In this document: positions 1 through 13,194 of the stretch, piece by piece
How the letters are laid out: the number at the start of each line of letters is the position of its first letter
Numbering within the stretch: the stretch's first letter is position 1
Origin: Octopus vulgaris
Lineage: Eukaryota
Reading direction: 5' to 3'
NCBI GenBank assembly: GCA_951406725.2
Contig: OX597839.1
Location: 23,250,001-23,314,000, forward strand
DNA: 64,000 bases
Notes under the pieces: model-generated
What the model saw: the letters and a program-made list of their open reading frames with translations, nothing else
Databases searched by the model: none
Told to the model about the DNA's origin: nothing
Made by a program: the position numbers and the translations under genes

Positions 1-150
1 TTTCGCTGCGTTAGTTTTGAATTATGACATTGGGCTATGTGTGTGTCAAGTTTCATCAGAATCGGTTGAAAGCCGTGGTCAGGGTGAGGGTACAACCTGA
101 CAGACACACAGACACGCACACAGACAAACTGCCATTTATATAGAGAGAGA
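1..150 (-). mobile_element. Non-autonomous Helitron-like element, 5' part (runs off window start)
   Basis: Near-identical to 14348-14497. Minus-strand 5' end is A|TCTCTCTCTATATAAA. Confidence 0.75.
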
Positions 151-182
151 TTGGACACTCAGGAAAGAAGGAAAGAAGGAGG

Positions 183-217
183 GTTTAACGTTTCGAGCAG
201 AGCTCTTCGTCAGAAAC
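183..217 (-). ncRNA. Minimal type I hammerhead ribozyme in a Penelope-like pLTR fragment (about 153-290)
   Basis: Minus strand reads GTTT CTGACGA A GAGC-TCT-GCTC GAAA CGT T AAAC: stem I GTTT/AAAC, intact core, stem II, palindromic stem III ACGT, GUU site. Confidence 0.8.
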
Positions 218-344
218 ATAGAAAAAGGAAAGGTCCAGAGAAGGGAAGATGGAGAAAGAAAATCGCCAATGATACACACATGGTCACATATATATATTAT
301 AGGTGCAGGCGTAGCTGTGTGGTAAGAAGCTTGCTTCCCAACCA

Positions 345-1094
345 CATGGTACTTATTTTATCAACCCCCTAGAGGGATGAAAGACAAAGTGAACATTGAT
401 GGAATTTGAACTCAGAATGTAAAGATGGATGCAAGGCCACTAAGCATCTTACCTGGTGAACTAACGTTTCTACCAGCTCGCTGCTGTTCTCTCTAAGAAT
501 AATAATCCTTTCTGCTAAAGGCACAAGGCCAGCAGTTTTGTGGGAGGGGGCTAAGGCAATTACATCGACCCCAGTGCATAACTGGTACTTATTTAATCAA
601 CGCCGGAAAGATGAAAAGCAAAGACAACCTTGAAAGCATTTGAACTCAGAGCGTAAAGACAGATGAAATACCTATTTCTTTACTACTCACAAGGGGCTAA
701 ACACAAAGGGGACAAACAAGGTCAGAAAACGGATTAAGTCGATTATATCGACCCCAGTGTGTAACTGGTACTTATTGAATTGACCCCGAAAGGATGAAAG
801 GCAAAGTCAACCTCGGCGGAATTTAAACTCAGAACATAACAGCAGACGAAATACCAATTTCCTATTTCTTTATTACCCACAAGGGGCTAAACATAGAGGG
901 GACAAACAAGGACAAACATAGGTATTAAGTCGATTACATCGACCCCAGTGTGTAACTGGTACTTAATTTATCAACCCCGAAAGGGTGAAAGGCAAAGTCG
1001 ACCTCGGTGGAATTTGAACTCAGAACGTAACAGCAGACGAAATACCGCTAAGCATTTCACCCAGCGTGCAAACGATTCTGCTAGCTCACTGCCC
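345..1094 (-). mobile_element. Cluster of nested/tandem SINE family B copies
   Basis: Repeated GACCCCGAAAGGATGAAAGGCAAAGTCGACCTCGGCGGAATTTGAACTCAGAACGT, the reverse complement of 5189-5418. TTCTCTCTA.GAATAATAAT occurs at about 487 and 1095 and is TSD-like. Confidence 0.8.
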
Positions 1095-1621
1095 TTCTCT
1101 CTATGAATAATAATACTGCATTAATTAGTTTGGATGGAAGCATGTCTATCTCTGGGGCTCGGCCAAACATTGTGGCAACTTTAACTGATCAGGATACTAA
1201 CTGGAGGAAAGCCAATGTAATTTGATTAAAAAAAATTACCTTTTAGCATGCATTAAATGGTTTGAGCCAGTGGAAGAAGGAAGAAGAAGAAGAATATAAA
1301 AACAATATCCATAAAAACAGCGCCGCCATACAAATGATATCACATTCTCTAACATGCTTCTCAATGCAAATGAGTGATTTGGTTTTAAATTTTGATAAGC
1401 TGTATGTGACCTGAAATTTTGGACTTGTTTCAAGAGATAAAGGAAGGATCAATAGAAGAGCATTCCTTGAGGCAAGCCCAGATAACATGTAGTTCTTCAG
1501 TGCTTACCATATTCCAATAGATTTTTGATTATTTCAGTCAATGGTATTCTCTGTCATCTGCCAAATGATGCGAATATACTGCAGCATAGAAATGTGTGTG
1601 TGTGTGTGTGTGTGTGTGATG

Positions 1622-1735
1622 CACAGGAGTGGCAGTGTGGTAAGAAGCTTGCTTCCCAACCACATGGTTCCGGGTTCAGTCCCATTGTGTAGCACCTTGG
1701 GCAAGTAAGTGTCTTCTACAAAAGCCTTGGGGCTA
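1622..1735 (+). mobile_element. SINE family A tRNA-like head fragment
   Basis: CAGGAGTGGCAGTGTGGTAAG...GGTTCAGTCCC...CCTTGGGCAAGT. Confidence 0.75.
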
Positions 1736-2173
1736 TGAGTTATTCTATTCAACACTCAGACGACTCAAACAATACACTGTTTTCTTTTTTTAAAACACAG
1801 TTGGGTGTAACAAAGTGCAAATTAGGCTGTTATTTTTAGCACACCACACAACCATGTGCAGGCTTTAGGTATGAAACTAGAGTTCTTTATAATCCATTAT
1901 AATCCATAAATACATCTTGTTAATCCATCTTTGAAGAATTATTATTGAGGTTACTGAAACAGGAATAAATTAGTCTGTTTCAAATTATGTGTGTGTATAT
2001 AATGGTATGTTTATAGATGTATATGTTATGGGGTGGAGGTGGGGTGCATTAGTATGCAGTATATGAATATGTGTAGATATAGCCTTTCTTTTCTTATTTT
2101 GACACAAGGCTAGTAATTTTGAGTGGTGCAGAATTCGATTAATCAGTCCCAGTGTTCAACTTGTATTTAAAGT

Positions 2174-4117
2174 GAGACCTTTGTTGGAGACCTTGAAGAG
2201 AGGCGCCAGTGTTGGAGACCTTGAGAAGAAGGGCCTGTAATAGTGACCTTGAAGAGAAGGGTTAATGTAGGAGACCTTGAAGAGAAGGGCCAGTGTTGGA
2301 GACCTTGAAGAGAAAGGCCTGTATTGGAGACCTTGAAGGGAAGGGCTAGTGTTGGAGACCTTGAAGGGAAAGGCCTGTATTGGAGACCTTGAAGGGAAGG
2401 GCTAGTGTTGGAGACCTTGAAGAGAAGGGCCTGTATTGGCGACCTTAAAGAGAAGGGTTAATATTGGACACCTTGAAGAGAAGGGCCAGTGTTGGAGACC
2501 TTGAAGAGAAGGGTTAATATTGGAGACCTTGATGAGAAGGGCCTGTATTGGCGACCTTGAAGAGAAGGGCCAGTGTTGGACACCTTGAAGAGAAGGGCCA
2601 GTGTTGGAGACCTTGAAGGGAAGAGCCTGTATTGGCAACCTTGAAGAGAAGGGTTAATGTTGGAGACTTTGAAGAGAATGGCCAGTGTTGGAGACCTTGA
2701 AGAGAAGGGCCAATGTTGAAGACCTTGAAGAGAAGGGCCAGTGTTGGAGACCTTGAAGAGAAGGGCCAGTGTTGGAGACCTTGAAGAGAAGGGCCAGTGT
2801 TGGAGACATTGAAGAGAAGGGCCAATGTTGGAGACCTTGAAGAGAAGGGCCAGTGTTGGAGACCTTGAAGAGAAGGGTTAATGTTGGAGACCTTGAAGAG
2901 AAGGGCCAGTGTTGGAGACCTTGAAGAGAAGGGCCAGTGTTGGAGACCTTGAAGAGAAGGGCCAGTGTTGGAGACCTTGTAGAGAAGGGCCAGTGTTGGA
3001 GACCTTGAAGAGAAGGGCCAGTGTTGGAGACCTTGAAGAGAAGGGCCAGTGTTGGAGACATTGAAGAGAAGGGCCAATGTTGGAGACCTTGAAGAGAAGG
3101 GCCAATGTTGGAGACCTTGAAGAGAAGGGCCAGTGTTGGAGACCTTGAAGAGAAGGGCCAGTGTTGGAGACCTTGAAGAGAAGGGCCAGTGTTGGAGACC
3201 TTGAAGAGAAGGGCCAGTGTTGGAGACCTTGAAGAGAAGGGCCAGTGTTGGAGACCTTGAAGAGAAGGGTTAATGTTGGAGACCTTGAAGAGAAGGGCCA
3301 GTGTTGGAGACCTTGAAGAGAAGGGCCAGTGTTGGAGACCTTGAAGAGAAGGGCCAATGTTGGAGACCTTGTAGAGAAGGGCCAGTGTTGGAGACCTTGA
3401 AGAGAAGGGCCAGTGTTGGAGACCTTCAAGAGAAGGGCCAGTGTTGGAGACATTGAAGAGAAGGGCCAATGTTGGAGACCTTGAAGAGAAGAGCCAATGT
3501 TGAAGACCTTGAAGAGAAGGGCCAGTGTTGGAGACCTTGAAGAGAAGGGCCAGTGTTGGAGACCTTGAAGAGAAGGGCCAGTGTTGGAGACCTTGAAGAG
3601 AAGGGCCAGTGTTGGAGACCTTGAAGAGAAGGGCCAGTGTTGGAGACCTTGAAGAGAAGGGCCAGTGTTGGAGACCTTGAAGAGAAGGGCCAGTGTTGGA
3701 GACCTTGAAGAGAAGGGCCAGTGTTGGAGACCTTGAAGAGAAGGGCCAATGTTGAAGACCTTGAAGAGAAGGGCCAGTGTTGGAGACCTTGAAGAGAAGG
3801 GCCAGTGTTGGAGACCTTGAAGAGAAGGGTTAATATTGGAGACCTTGAAGAGAAGGGCCAGTGTTGGAGACCTTGAAGAGAAGGGCCAATGTTGGAGACA
3901 TTGAAGAGAAGGGCCAGTGTTGGAAACCTTGAAGAGAAGGGCCAGTGTTGGAGACCTTGAAGAGGAGGGCCAATGTTGAAGACCTTGAAGAGAAGGGCCT
4001 GTATTGGCATCCTTGAATAGAAGAGTTAATGTTGGATACCTTGAAGAGAAGGGCCAGTGTGGGAGACCTTGAAGAGAAGGGCCAATGTTTGGAGACCTTG
4101 AAGAGAAGGGCCAGTGT
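2174..4117. repeat. 28-bp minisatellite, about 69 copies
   Basis: Unit GAGACCTTGAAGAGAAGGGCCAGTGTTG. It is homogeneous in the centre and diverged at the edges, and explains the long repetitive ORFs at 2402-4131. Confidence 0.97.
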
Positions 4118-4444
4118 TTGGGTTGTGACACGAAATAATATTGGCCAGCAATTTTGGAGTAAGGGGTAAGTCGATTACACGGATCCCAATGTTCAACTGC
4201 TACTTCATCATCCTTACAAAGATGAAAAGTAAAGGTTGACCTCGATAGAATTTGAAGTCAAAATGTAAAAACGGAGATAATTGAAAAAGACTTGAAAGTT
4301 AATGTAAGATTGTAATCATGTAAAGTGAAGTAAATATAACAAATAGAATCCTTGTCTGGTACCAGATCGATCCCTGAAAGTTTCATTCGAATCCATCCAG
4401 CAGTTCTTGAGATATCTTGTCTTTGGACAAACAAACACAACTCT

Positions 4445-4843
4445 CTTACTCTATTACTCTTTTACTTGTTTCAGTCATTTGACTGCGGCCATGCTGGAGC
4501 ACCGCCTTTAGTCGAGCAAATCGACCCCGGGACTTATTCTTTGTAAGCCCAGTACTTATTCTATCGGTCTCTTTTGCCGAACCGCTAAGTAACGGGGACG
4601 TAAATACACCAGCATCGGTTGTCAAGCAATGTTAGGGGGACAAACACAGACACACAAACACACACATACATATATACATATATACGACAGGCTTCTTTCA
4701 GTTTCCGTCTACCAAATCCACTCACAAGGCTTTGGTCGGCCCGAGACTATAGTAGAAGACACTTGTCCAAGGTGCCACGCAGTGGGACTGAACCCGGAAC
4801 CATGCGGTTGGTAAACAAGCTACTTACCACACTGCCACTCCTG
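4445..4843 (-). mobile_element. Full-length tRNA-derived SINE family A
   Basis: Minus strand has A box TGGCAGTGTGGT, B box GGTTCAGTCC, a CORE-like CCTTGGACAAGT, an internal (TA/TG)n tract and a (TAAAAGAG)n tail. More than 15 copies occur in the window. Confidence 0.9.
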
Positions 4844-5188
4844 AAAACAATACCTCTGCTTTCACTAAGGCAGAGGTAATTAAGGGCACAGAAACTATCT
4901 GCTAGAAGTAGTTGCCAATATATCTCTATGTCTGAATTTTACCTAAAAGGTTATTCTTTATATGCTGGTCACTGATAAAATTCATTAATTTTAATAATTT
5001 TATCCTTTAATTATGCTTTTATATATATATATATAATAATAAAGGTGGCTAATTACCCAGTTTGAGAAACTTTATTCAAATGGCTCCAGCATGGGGGTAA
5101 TGGTAAGGAAATTGAATGAGGAGAAATCTTGAAAGTGTTAATGAGTGTGTTGTCATGTGGCAGAGCAGAGGTCAATGGTATAAACAAG

Positions 5189-5418
5189 GCGGCGAACTGG
5201 CAGAAACGTTAGCACACCGGGCAAAATGCTTAGCCGTATTTCGTCTGCCGTTACGTTCTGAGTTCAAATTCCACCGAGGTCGACTTTGCCTTTCATCCTT
5301 TCGGGGTCGATAAATTAAGCACCAGTTACGCACTGGGGTCGATGTAATCGACTTAATCCGTTTGTCTGTCCTTGTTTGTCCCCTCAGTGTTTAGCCCCTT
5401 GAGGGTCGTAAAGAAATA
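5189..5418 (+). mobile_element. Full-length SINE family B with 12-bp TSD
   Basis: TSD GGTATAAACAAG at 5177-5188 and 5419-5430. B box GAGTTCAAATTC. Central GCCTTTCATCCTTTCGGGGTCGATAAA resembles the Meta/MESC-type conserved SINE domain. Confidence 0.9.
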
Positions 5419-5914
5419 GGTATAAACAAGAGAGACTATACAGGTGTGGCGTATCATCTTATAAGGGGTTAAAACCCTAGAAGGGCAACAGGGGGAGAGA
5501 GAGTGAAGGAATGGTCCTATTAAATAGTTACATATAGTTACATTAATCCATTCAATAAGGATTATCAAAATATTAATCCATTCAAACTACAATTCAATTC
5601 AATGAATTATATTTGATACGCTCTCTCTGGTTTCTATACCCAGGAATAGAACGAACGTGTGTGTGTGTGCATGCGCGTGTGTGTGTGTGTGTGTGCATGC
5701 ACGCAAATCAACTCTGCCTCCCCTTCATCTCTCTCTCTCTCTCTCACACATACAAAGCATCTACCCCCTGCCAATATATAATGGTCTTCAACAGTGGCAC
5801 TGGAGTAGAGTATTTCCTGCAAGTCTGTTGTGAATGTTGTGTAAGCAAAGTGTTACTCCCCACAGATCGCAGTTAACAAGACCGACAGAAGAGTACAATA
5901 GAGGAGTACACAAC

Positions 5915-5929
5915 TACACACACACACAA

Positions 5930-5961
<32 letters not shown>

Positions 5962-6544
5962 GTACATGTATGTATTTATATATATATATATATATATATA
6001 CACATACACAAATACATACATACATACATACGTACATACATACATACATACACAATCACACATATATATATATACATACAAACATAAATTCATATATACA
6101 TACATATATACACACATATATACGTACATACGTACATACGTACATACATACATACATACATACACACATACATACATACATACACACATACATACACAAT
6201 CACACATAAACATACGTACGTATATATATATATATATACACATACACAAATACATACATACATACATACATACATACATACACACATACATACATAGAGA
6301 GAGAGAGAGAGAGGGGAATGTATGACAGTGGGCCACTGACTGATGAAAGAAAAGCTCAGCAAGAGAGAGAGTTTGTAGATTTTTTTTAATAAGCATTTTG
6401 TTATTTTGATTTTTTTCCTAAGCAAGCAGAGCAGACATTCTGTACTTCTACGGGAACTGCCCCGTGGTGAAGGCCTCTAATGGATGCACCTCAGAGAGAG
6501 AGAGAGAGAGACAGACATAGGCAAAGGAAGATAGACTGACAGGT

Positions 6545-6576
<32 letters not shown>

Positions 6577-6895
6577 GCAGATACAGAGACAGAGGCAAAG
6601 ACAGATAGACAGACAGGTAAAGGGAGGGAGAGAGAGAGAGAGAGAGAGAGAGAAAGAAAGAGTCATACAAACAGAGGCAGAGACAGACAGACAGAGACAA
6701 AAGCAGATAGACAGACAGACAGAAAGAGAGAGAGAGAGAGAGTCATACAAATAGAGGCAGAGACAGACAGGTTGACAGACAGACAGAGACAAACAGATAC
6801 AAAGAGAGACAGAGGCAGAGATAGACAAACAGAGAGAGAGAGAGAGAAACAGAGACAGACAGGTAGACAGTGAGAGAGTGAGAGAGAGAGGAGAA
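5915..6895. repeat. Compound microsatellites (TA/TACA, then AG/AGAC)
   Basis: Directly visible. Confidence 0.95.
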
Positions 6896-7029
6896 ATTCC
6901 AGACATGGAAGCAAAAAGAGGAATTGAGGACCCAGGGTTATTTTAGCAGAGACTGAGGTTTTTATTGCGGAGGAATATGGACAGGGACCTGATTCCTTCA
7001 TGGGGAAAAAAGCCTTATTTGATATCTTT

Positions 7030-7620
7030 GATCTTTTACTTGTTTCAAACATTAGACTGTGGCCATGCTGGAGCACCAGCCTGAAAAGATTTTAGTCAAA
7101 TGAATCAACCAGTGATTTGTTTGTTTGTTTGTTTTTGGTTTGTTATTTTTCTCATTCTTTTTATTAAGCCTGCGTCTTATTCTATCAGTCACTTTTGCCA
7201 AACTGCTAAGTTATGGAAATGTCAACACACCAGCACCACTTGTCAAGTGGTGTTGGGGAGCACACACACACACACACACACCAATGCCCAAACACACACA
7301 CATACGCATGCACGCACACACAACCAGCACACACACACTAACATACACACGCATGCACGCACACATATATATACACACACACATCAACGTACACACACAC
7401 ACACGCCAACACACATATGTATGCACACGCACATACACCAATGCCCAAACACACACACATACGCATGCACGCACACACAACCAGCACACACACACCAACA
7501 TACACACGCACGCACACACATATATATACACACACACCAACATACACACGCACGCACACACACAAATATATACACACACACACATCAACGTACACACACA
7601 CACCAACATACACACATATA
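7030..7620 (-). mobile_element. SINE A 3' half followed by an expanded (CA)n-type tract
   Basis: CTTTTACTTGTTTCA...GGCCATGCTGGAGCACC tail motif. Confidence 0.75.
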
Positions 7621-8009
7621 CGTATTCATTGCATTAATTATCCAAGGTAATAACAGCTTATTTGGAAGTAACATCTGATAAAATCAAGCCATAAATGTTT
7701 AATTATTTGAGGGTAATAACAGCTTATATGGAGGTGTCATGTGATGTCATGTGACAAGGGCAGGTAATAAATATGTTAAATGAAATCAACACTCTTGAAT
7801 CACTGTCGATGCCCCTTCACCCCACCCCCCACACCACCACCATCCACAGTGTCCATGTGACCTTACTTGAACCTAGCAAACATCTGGGTTTGTCGTTGTC
7901 TTTCTAGGCTGTTTACAGAACTTTGTAATTAGCTTGTTCGCTTATTAATTAAGCCAACGAGTCGGTTCCTCAAACATATTGTTAGCTTACACCTCACACA
8001 CACACACAT

Positions 8010-8236
8010 ACTCTTTTACTCTTTTATATACTCTTTTACTTGTTTCAGTCATTTGACTGCGGCCATGCTGGAGCACCGCCTTTAGTCGAGCAAATCGACC
8101 CCGGGACATTCTTTGTAAGCCCAGTACTTATTCTATCGGTCTCTTTTGCCGAACCGCTAGGTAACGGGGACGTAAACACGCCAGCATCGGTTGTCAAGCA
8201 ATGCTAGGGGGACAAACACAGACACACAAACACACG

Positions 8237-8268
<32 letters not shown>

Positions 8269-8433
8269 CGACAGGCTTCTTTCAGTTTCCGTCTACCAAA
8301 TCCACTCACAAGGCATTGGTCGGTCCGGGGCTATAGTAGAAGACACTTGCCCAAGATGCCACGCAGTAGGACTGAACCCGGAACCATGTGGTTGGTTAGC
8401 AAGCTACTTACCACACAGCCACTCCTGCGCCTA
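8010..8433 (-). mobile_element. Full-length SINE family A
   Basis: Near-identical to 4445-4843. Confidence 0.9.
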
Positions 8434-8455
8434 TACAAAAGTGTGGTAAGTTATG

Positions 8456-8488
<33 letters not shown>

Positions 8489-9344
8489 ATGGACTTAGCC
8501 AGATGGCTGAAACCAATTAAAGGAATACATAGAGTTAAATGTGCTCTAACATCACAAAGTAACGAAACAAAACATTTCATCAGCTGAAATTTTAATTCTA
8601 ATGAGATGAAATCGTTAGTGTAAATGAAAATTCTTTTCAAAAGGGGCAAGGCAGAGAACTCTAAAACTTAAATTGACTAAAAATTGAATTGTAACAAGCA
8701 GAGGTGAAGCAATGGAAATTTAGTCTTTGGTAGCTGTGATGGTAACACCAGTTCTCTCCCTTGCTCCTTTTGAAAATAATTTTCATTAATCACTTTTCTG
8801 TTAATTACTGATATAATTTTAGTTAATAACAAAATTCTTATTAGCTCACTGCATTAAATATGTTGGCCTGCAATTAATTATGTTTTCTTCAGGCAGAAGG
8901 CAATGACCATCTGCATGTCCCAAGGACAGAATCTGTTTGAATGTTCTTAAATCTAACAATTTTTTAAACATCCTATCCATCAAAGATCATGGTCTTGGCA
9001 TTGATTAATTTCTGTTATCCCCCCTATTTTTCTTGAAGTCGTTGGGAAGCAAAAATCACATCAGTCATGCTTTTCTAATGACAGAAACCATGCTGGAACT
9101 CAAACGAGATTTGTACAGATAATCTAAAGTTTATCACTATTTTTGATGAATCCCAGGATCCTTCAGTTGTTTGGTAATTACCTTCTTCCACAATAGCTAG
9201 CTGTTCTTCATATAATATTCTGGTTTACATCTAAGTGTCATTCATAGATATTATGCTGACAAGACAATGGTTAAACCAGCAGTCAGCGTTGCTTTGGTAA
9301 CACTGAATTTCAGTTGTGTTTCTTCTATGCACAGATACCTAGAC

Positions 9345-9974
9345 CACCATACGAGTGTGATCGTTGACAGAGCGGCTAACTGGCCTCCGTGCTGGTGGCA
9401 CGTAAAAGGCACCATTCAAGTGTGATCGTTACCAGCATCACCTTACCGGCACTTGTGCCCGTGCAAGTAGGGTGCCAAGAGCACCATCCGAGCGTGATCG
9501 TTGCCAGAGCAGCTAACTGGCCTCCGTGCCGGTGGCAAGTAAAAGGCACCATTCAAGTGTGATCGTTACCAGCATCACCTTACCGGCACTTGTGCCCATG
9601 CGAGTAGGGTGCCAAGAACACCATCTGAGCGTGATCGTTGCCAGAGCGGCTAACTGGCCTCCGTGCTGGTGGCACGTAAAAGGCACCATTCGAGTGTGAT
9701 CGTTACCAGCGTTGCCTTACTGGCACCTGTGCCAGTGACATGTGTAAAAAGATTTGAGCGAGGTCATTGCCAGTACCGCCTGGCTGGCACGTAAATGCAC
9801 CCACTACACTCTCGGAGTGGTTGGCGTTAGGAAAGGCATCCAGCTGTAGAAACTCTGCCAGATCAAGATTGGAGCCTGGTGCAGCCATCTGGTTCGCCAG
9901 CCCTCAGTCAAATCGTCCAACCCATGCTAGCATGGAAAGCGAACGTTAAACGATGATGATGATGATGATGATGA
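9345..9974 (+). mobile_element. 5'-truncated RTE LINE 3' UTR with a 137-bp internal tandem repeat and (GAT)n tail
   Basis: Matches the 3' UTR of 39434-40350. Repeat units start at 9345, 9482 and 9619. Confidence 0.85.
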
Positions 9975-10479
9975 TAAACCAAGGAGAAAGCTGCGATTGC
10001 AGGTACAGTTTCCAATACCCTGGTTTCTGATGATGGCCTTCCTTATGCTGGAGTGTCTGCCCACTTCAGCATAACGGTTTGCAGGGTCGGCTCAAGGTAC
10101 CGGCATGTCAGACAGTCGCCGGGGCGCCGGGGGAGGGACGAGACAAAAACAAGGAAATTTCCACGACCGTCAGCTTGTACACGCCCAAGTTCAGCTTGCC
10201 CGGGACGCTAGCAACCCTTGGGCCGGCCCCGGGGGTTTGCCATGAGAAGGGGCCGGTCACTGAATGACAACATCGTAAGAACGATTGACACAAGAACACG
10301 TGAAAGACTGCTGTAGAAACTTAATTTATCATTATTTGCATTTTGCACAAGAACATATCCACCGACGATAATTAGATATACACCTACACAAACACACACA
10401 TCCACATCCACATCCACACACATATTTCACAACACACGTAACCATACCTGCACCTGCTTACGTCACATTATATTATAGA

Positions 10480-10715
10480 CAATGCACGCGCGCACAATGC
10501 ACACACACACACACACGAACACACACACACACGCACGAACACACACGCACGAACACACACACGCACACACGAATACACACACACGCACACACGAATACAC
10601 ACACACGCACACACACACACACACACACGAACACACACACACGCACGAACACACACACACGAACACACACACGCACACACGAACACACACACACGCACAC
10701 ACACACGCACGCACG

Positions 10716-10756
<41 letters not shown>

Positions 10757-11032
10757 ACACACACACACACACGCACGCACACACACACGCGCACACGCAA
10801 ATATAAACAGCAGAAGTTTCCAATAAACAATACTATTAATCGATATCTGCCACAGTTATTATAATAAAACAATATGAATTGCAATGAAAGGGTGTTGCTG
10901 TATTTTCCAGTGAGATTTCTAACAACGCATCTATTTCTGACTTTGGCAAACACGTAATTATAAATACGACCACAAAAACACCGTCGTTTATTTCTACAAC
11001 ACTTGTCTCACTTGAAATCCATTCTGCAATGT

Positions 11033-11087
<55 letters not shown>

Positions 11088-12245
11088 CGTGTGCGTGTGT
11101 TTGTGCCTGTGTGTTTGTGTGTGTCTGTGTGTGTCTATGTGTGTGTGTCTGTGTGTGTGTGCCTGTGTGTGTGTGTCTGTGTCTGTGTGGTGTATCTGTG
11201 TGTGTGTGCCTGTGTGTGTGTGCCTTTGTGTGTGTGTGTGTGTCTGTGTTTGTGTGTGTGTGTGTCTGTGTGTGTGTCTGTGTGTGTGTCTGTGTGTTTG
11301 TATGTCTGTATGTGTGTGTGTCTCTGTATCTCTGTGTGTGTCTCTGTGTGTGTGTGTGTGTGTGTCTCTGTGTGTCTATGTGTGTGTCTCACTCACTCTC
11401 TCTCACATACGCCTTATCTTACTCGTGTACACACAGATAGTCTCTCTCTCTCTCTCCCTCGTATATACAGTTAAACACACTGATATACATTCTCCCTCAT
11501 ACGCACTCACTCTCTCACCTATACACTACATTTACACACACACCTTCTTTTCCATTCACTCGTAGTCATTCATTTCCCCCCTCTCCTCCGCTCTAACCCT
11601 CTCTCTCTCTCCTATACACACACTTATACCCTCTCTCTCACACACACATACATACACACTCACCTATCCTCTCTTCCCCAAACACACACACACACACTCT
11701 TACCTCCCTCTCTCTCTCTCTTTCTCTCATACACACATACCCTTACAGTCTCTCTTCCACACACACACACGCACACACTTCTATTCCCCCCCTCTCTCTC
11801 TCTCTCTCAGACACACATACTCCTAGCCTCTTTCTCTCTCACAGACACACTCTTACGCTCTCTTTCTCACACTCATTTTCTCTCTCTCATAAACACACAC
11901 ACATTCTCTCTTACACATTCACACATCTTCCTATCACCTTTCTCCCTCTCTCTCACACACACACACACACACAACCTCTTATCCCCTTCTCTCACTCTCT
12001 CTCTTACACCCACTCCTATTCTCTCCCCCGCTCTCTCTCTCTCTCTCTCTCACTTACACCCACTCCTATTCTCCCCCCTCGCTCTCTCTCTCACACACAC
12101 ACAACCTCTTATCCCCTTCTCTCACACTCTCTCTTACACTCACTCCTATTCTCTCCCCCCGCTCTCTCACTCTTTCTTACACCCACTCCTATTCTCCCCC
12201 CTTTCGCTCTCTCTCTCTCTCTCTCTCTTACACACACACACACAA
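10480..12245. repeat. Compound CA/GCAC, CT, GT and CT/CA low-complexity tracts
   Basis: Directly visible, with a local duplication at about 11953-12070 / 12090-12200. Confidence 0.9.
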
Positions 12246-12803
12246 CTTTAAAGTTCCAGTAATGACAATACAAGCTGTCGGAACTAAATAAACTGAAACT
12301 GCGGTGGAAGGACAATAATAATCCCCAGGTATTTGGACCTAAATCTAGCAGAGATTTACTTTTCATTTGCCATGACAATTATAATTGTATGCGCGTGCGA
12401 GAGTACATACGCGCGCGCACGTGTGTGTGTGTGTGTGTGTGGTGTGTGTGTGTGTGTGTGTTTAGCTGTAAACCGATGTAAGCAATAGTAAGGCCAGGAG
12501 TTTGGTGGGTAACACTTAAACTATTACTGTGTTCAATGTATCAGATTCGTAACACCAAAACCGAGGAGTGGCCGTTGTGGTAAGAAGCTTGCTTCCCAGC
12601 CACGTGGTACCGGGTTCAGTCCCACTGCATGGCACCTTGGGCAAATGTCTTCAACAGTTACACTTACAGAGAAACACTACAGCCACTGATGCGTGAAATG
12701 AGATTCTAGGACAATCTCTATTTTTTTTTTTTACGATCTCTACCCAACTCAAGGGAGACTGGTGGAATATTTTCATCAAGACTTCAGTCAAATATAAACA
12801 TAA

Positions 12804-13194
12804 CAGGAGTGGCTGTGTGGGAAGTAGCTTGCTAACCAACCACATGGTTCCGGGTTCAGTCCCACTGCGTGGCATCTTGGGCAAGTGTCTTCTGCTATAG
12901 CCCCGGGCCGACCAATGCCTTGTGAGTGGATTTGGTAGACGGAAACTGAAAGAAGCCTGTCGTATATATGTACATATATGTATGTGTGTGTTTGTGTGTC
13001 TGTGTTTGTCCCCCTAGCATTGCTTGACAACCGATGCTGGTGTGTTTACGTCCCCGTCACTTAGCGGTTCGGCAAAAGAGACCGATAGAATAAGTACTGG
13101 GCTTACAAAAGAATAAGTCCCGGGGTCGAGTTGCTCGATTAAAGGCGGTGCTCCAGCATGGCCGCAGTCAAATGACTGAAACAAGTAAAAGAGT
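12804..13194 (+). mobile_element. Full-length SINE family A (extra head fragment at 12563-12650)
   Basis: CAGGAGTGGCTGTGTGG...AACAAGTAAAAGAGT. Confidence 0.9.

Noticed and set aside
1240-1410. Possible 171-nt minus-strand exon (TTTCAG|...AAG|GTAATT, open frame)
   Set aside because: The peptide is unrecognisable and no partner exons are supportable. Such signals arise by chance in AT-rich DNA.
2174-4117. CRISPR-like 28-bp repeats
   Set aside because: Repeats are contiguous with no unique spacers, the context is eukaryotic, and there are no cas genes.
2402-4131. Long ORFs up to 417 aa
   Set aside because: The same 28-aa repeat appears in all three frames because a 28-bp stop-free unit cycles through frames. 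There is no unique domain or splice context.
4619-4879. Recurrent small ORF family MSSNARGTNTDTQTH...
   Set aside because: It is the antisense translation of SINE family A copies.
10027-10075. CTGATGA followed by a hairpin, hammerhead-like
   Set aside because: No correctly placed GAAA/stem III/NUH.
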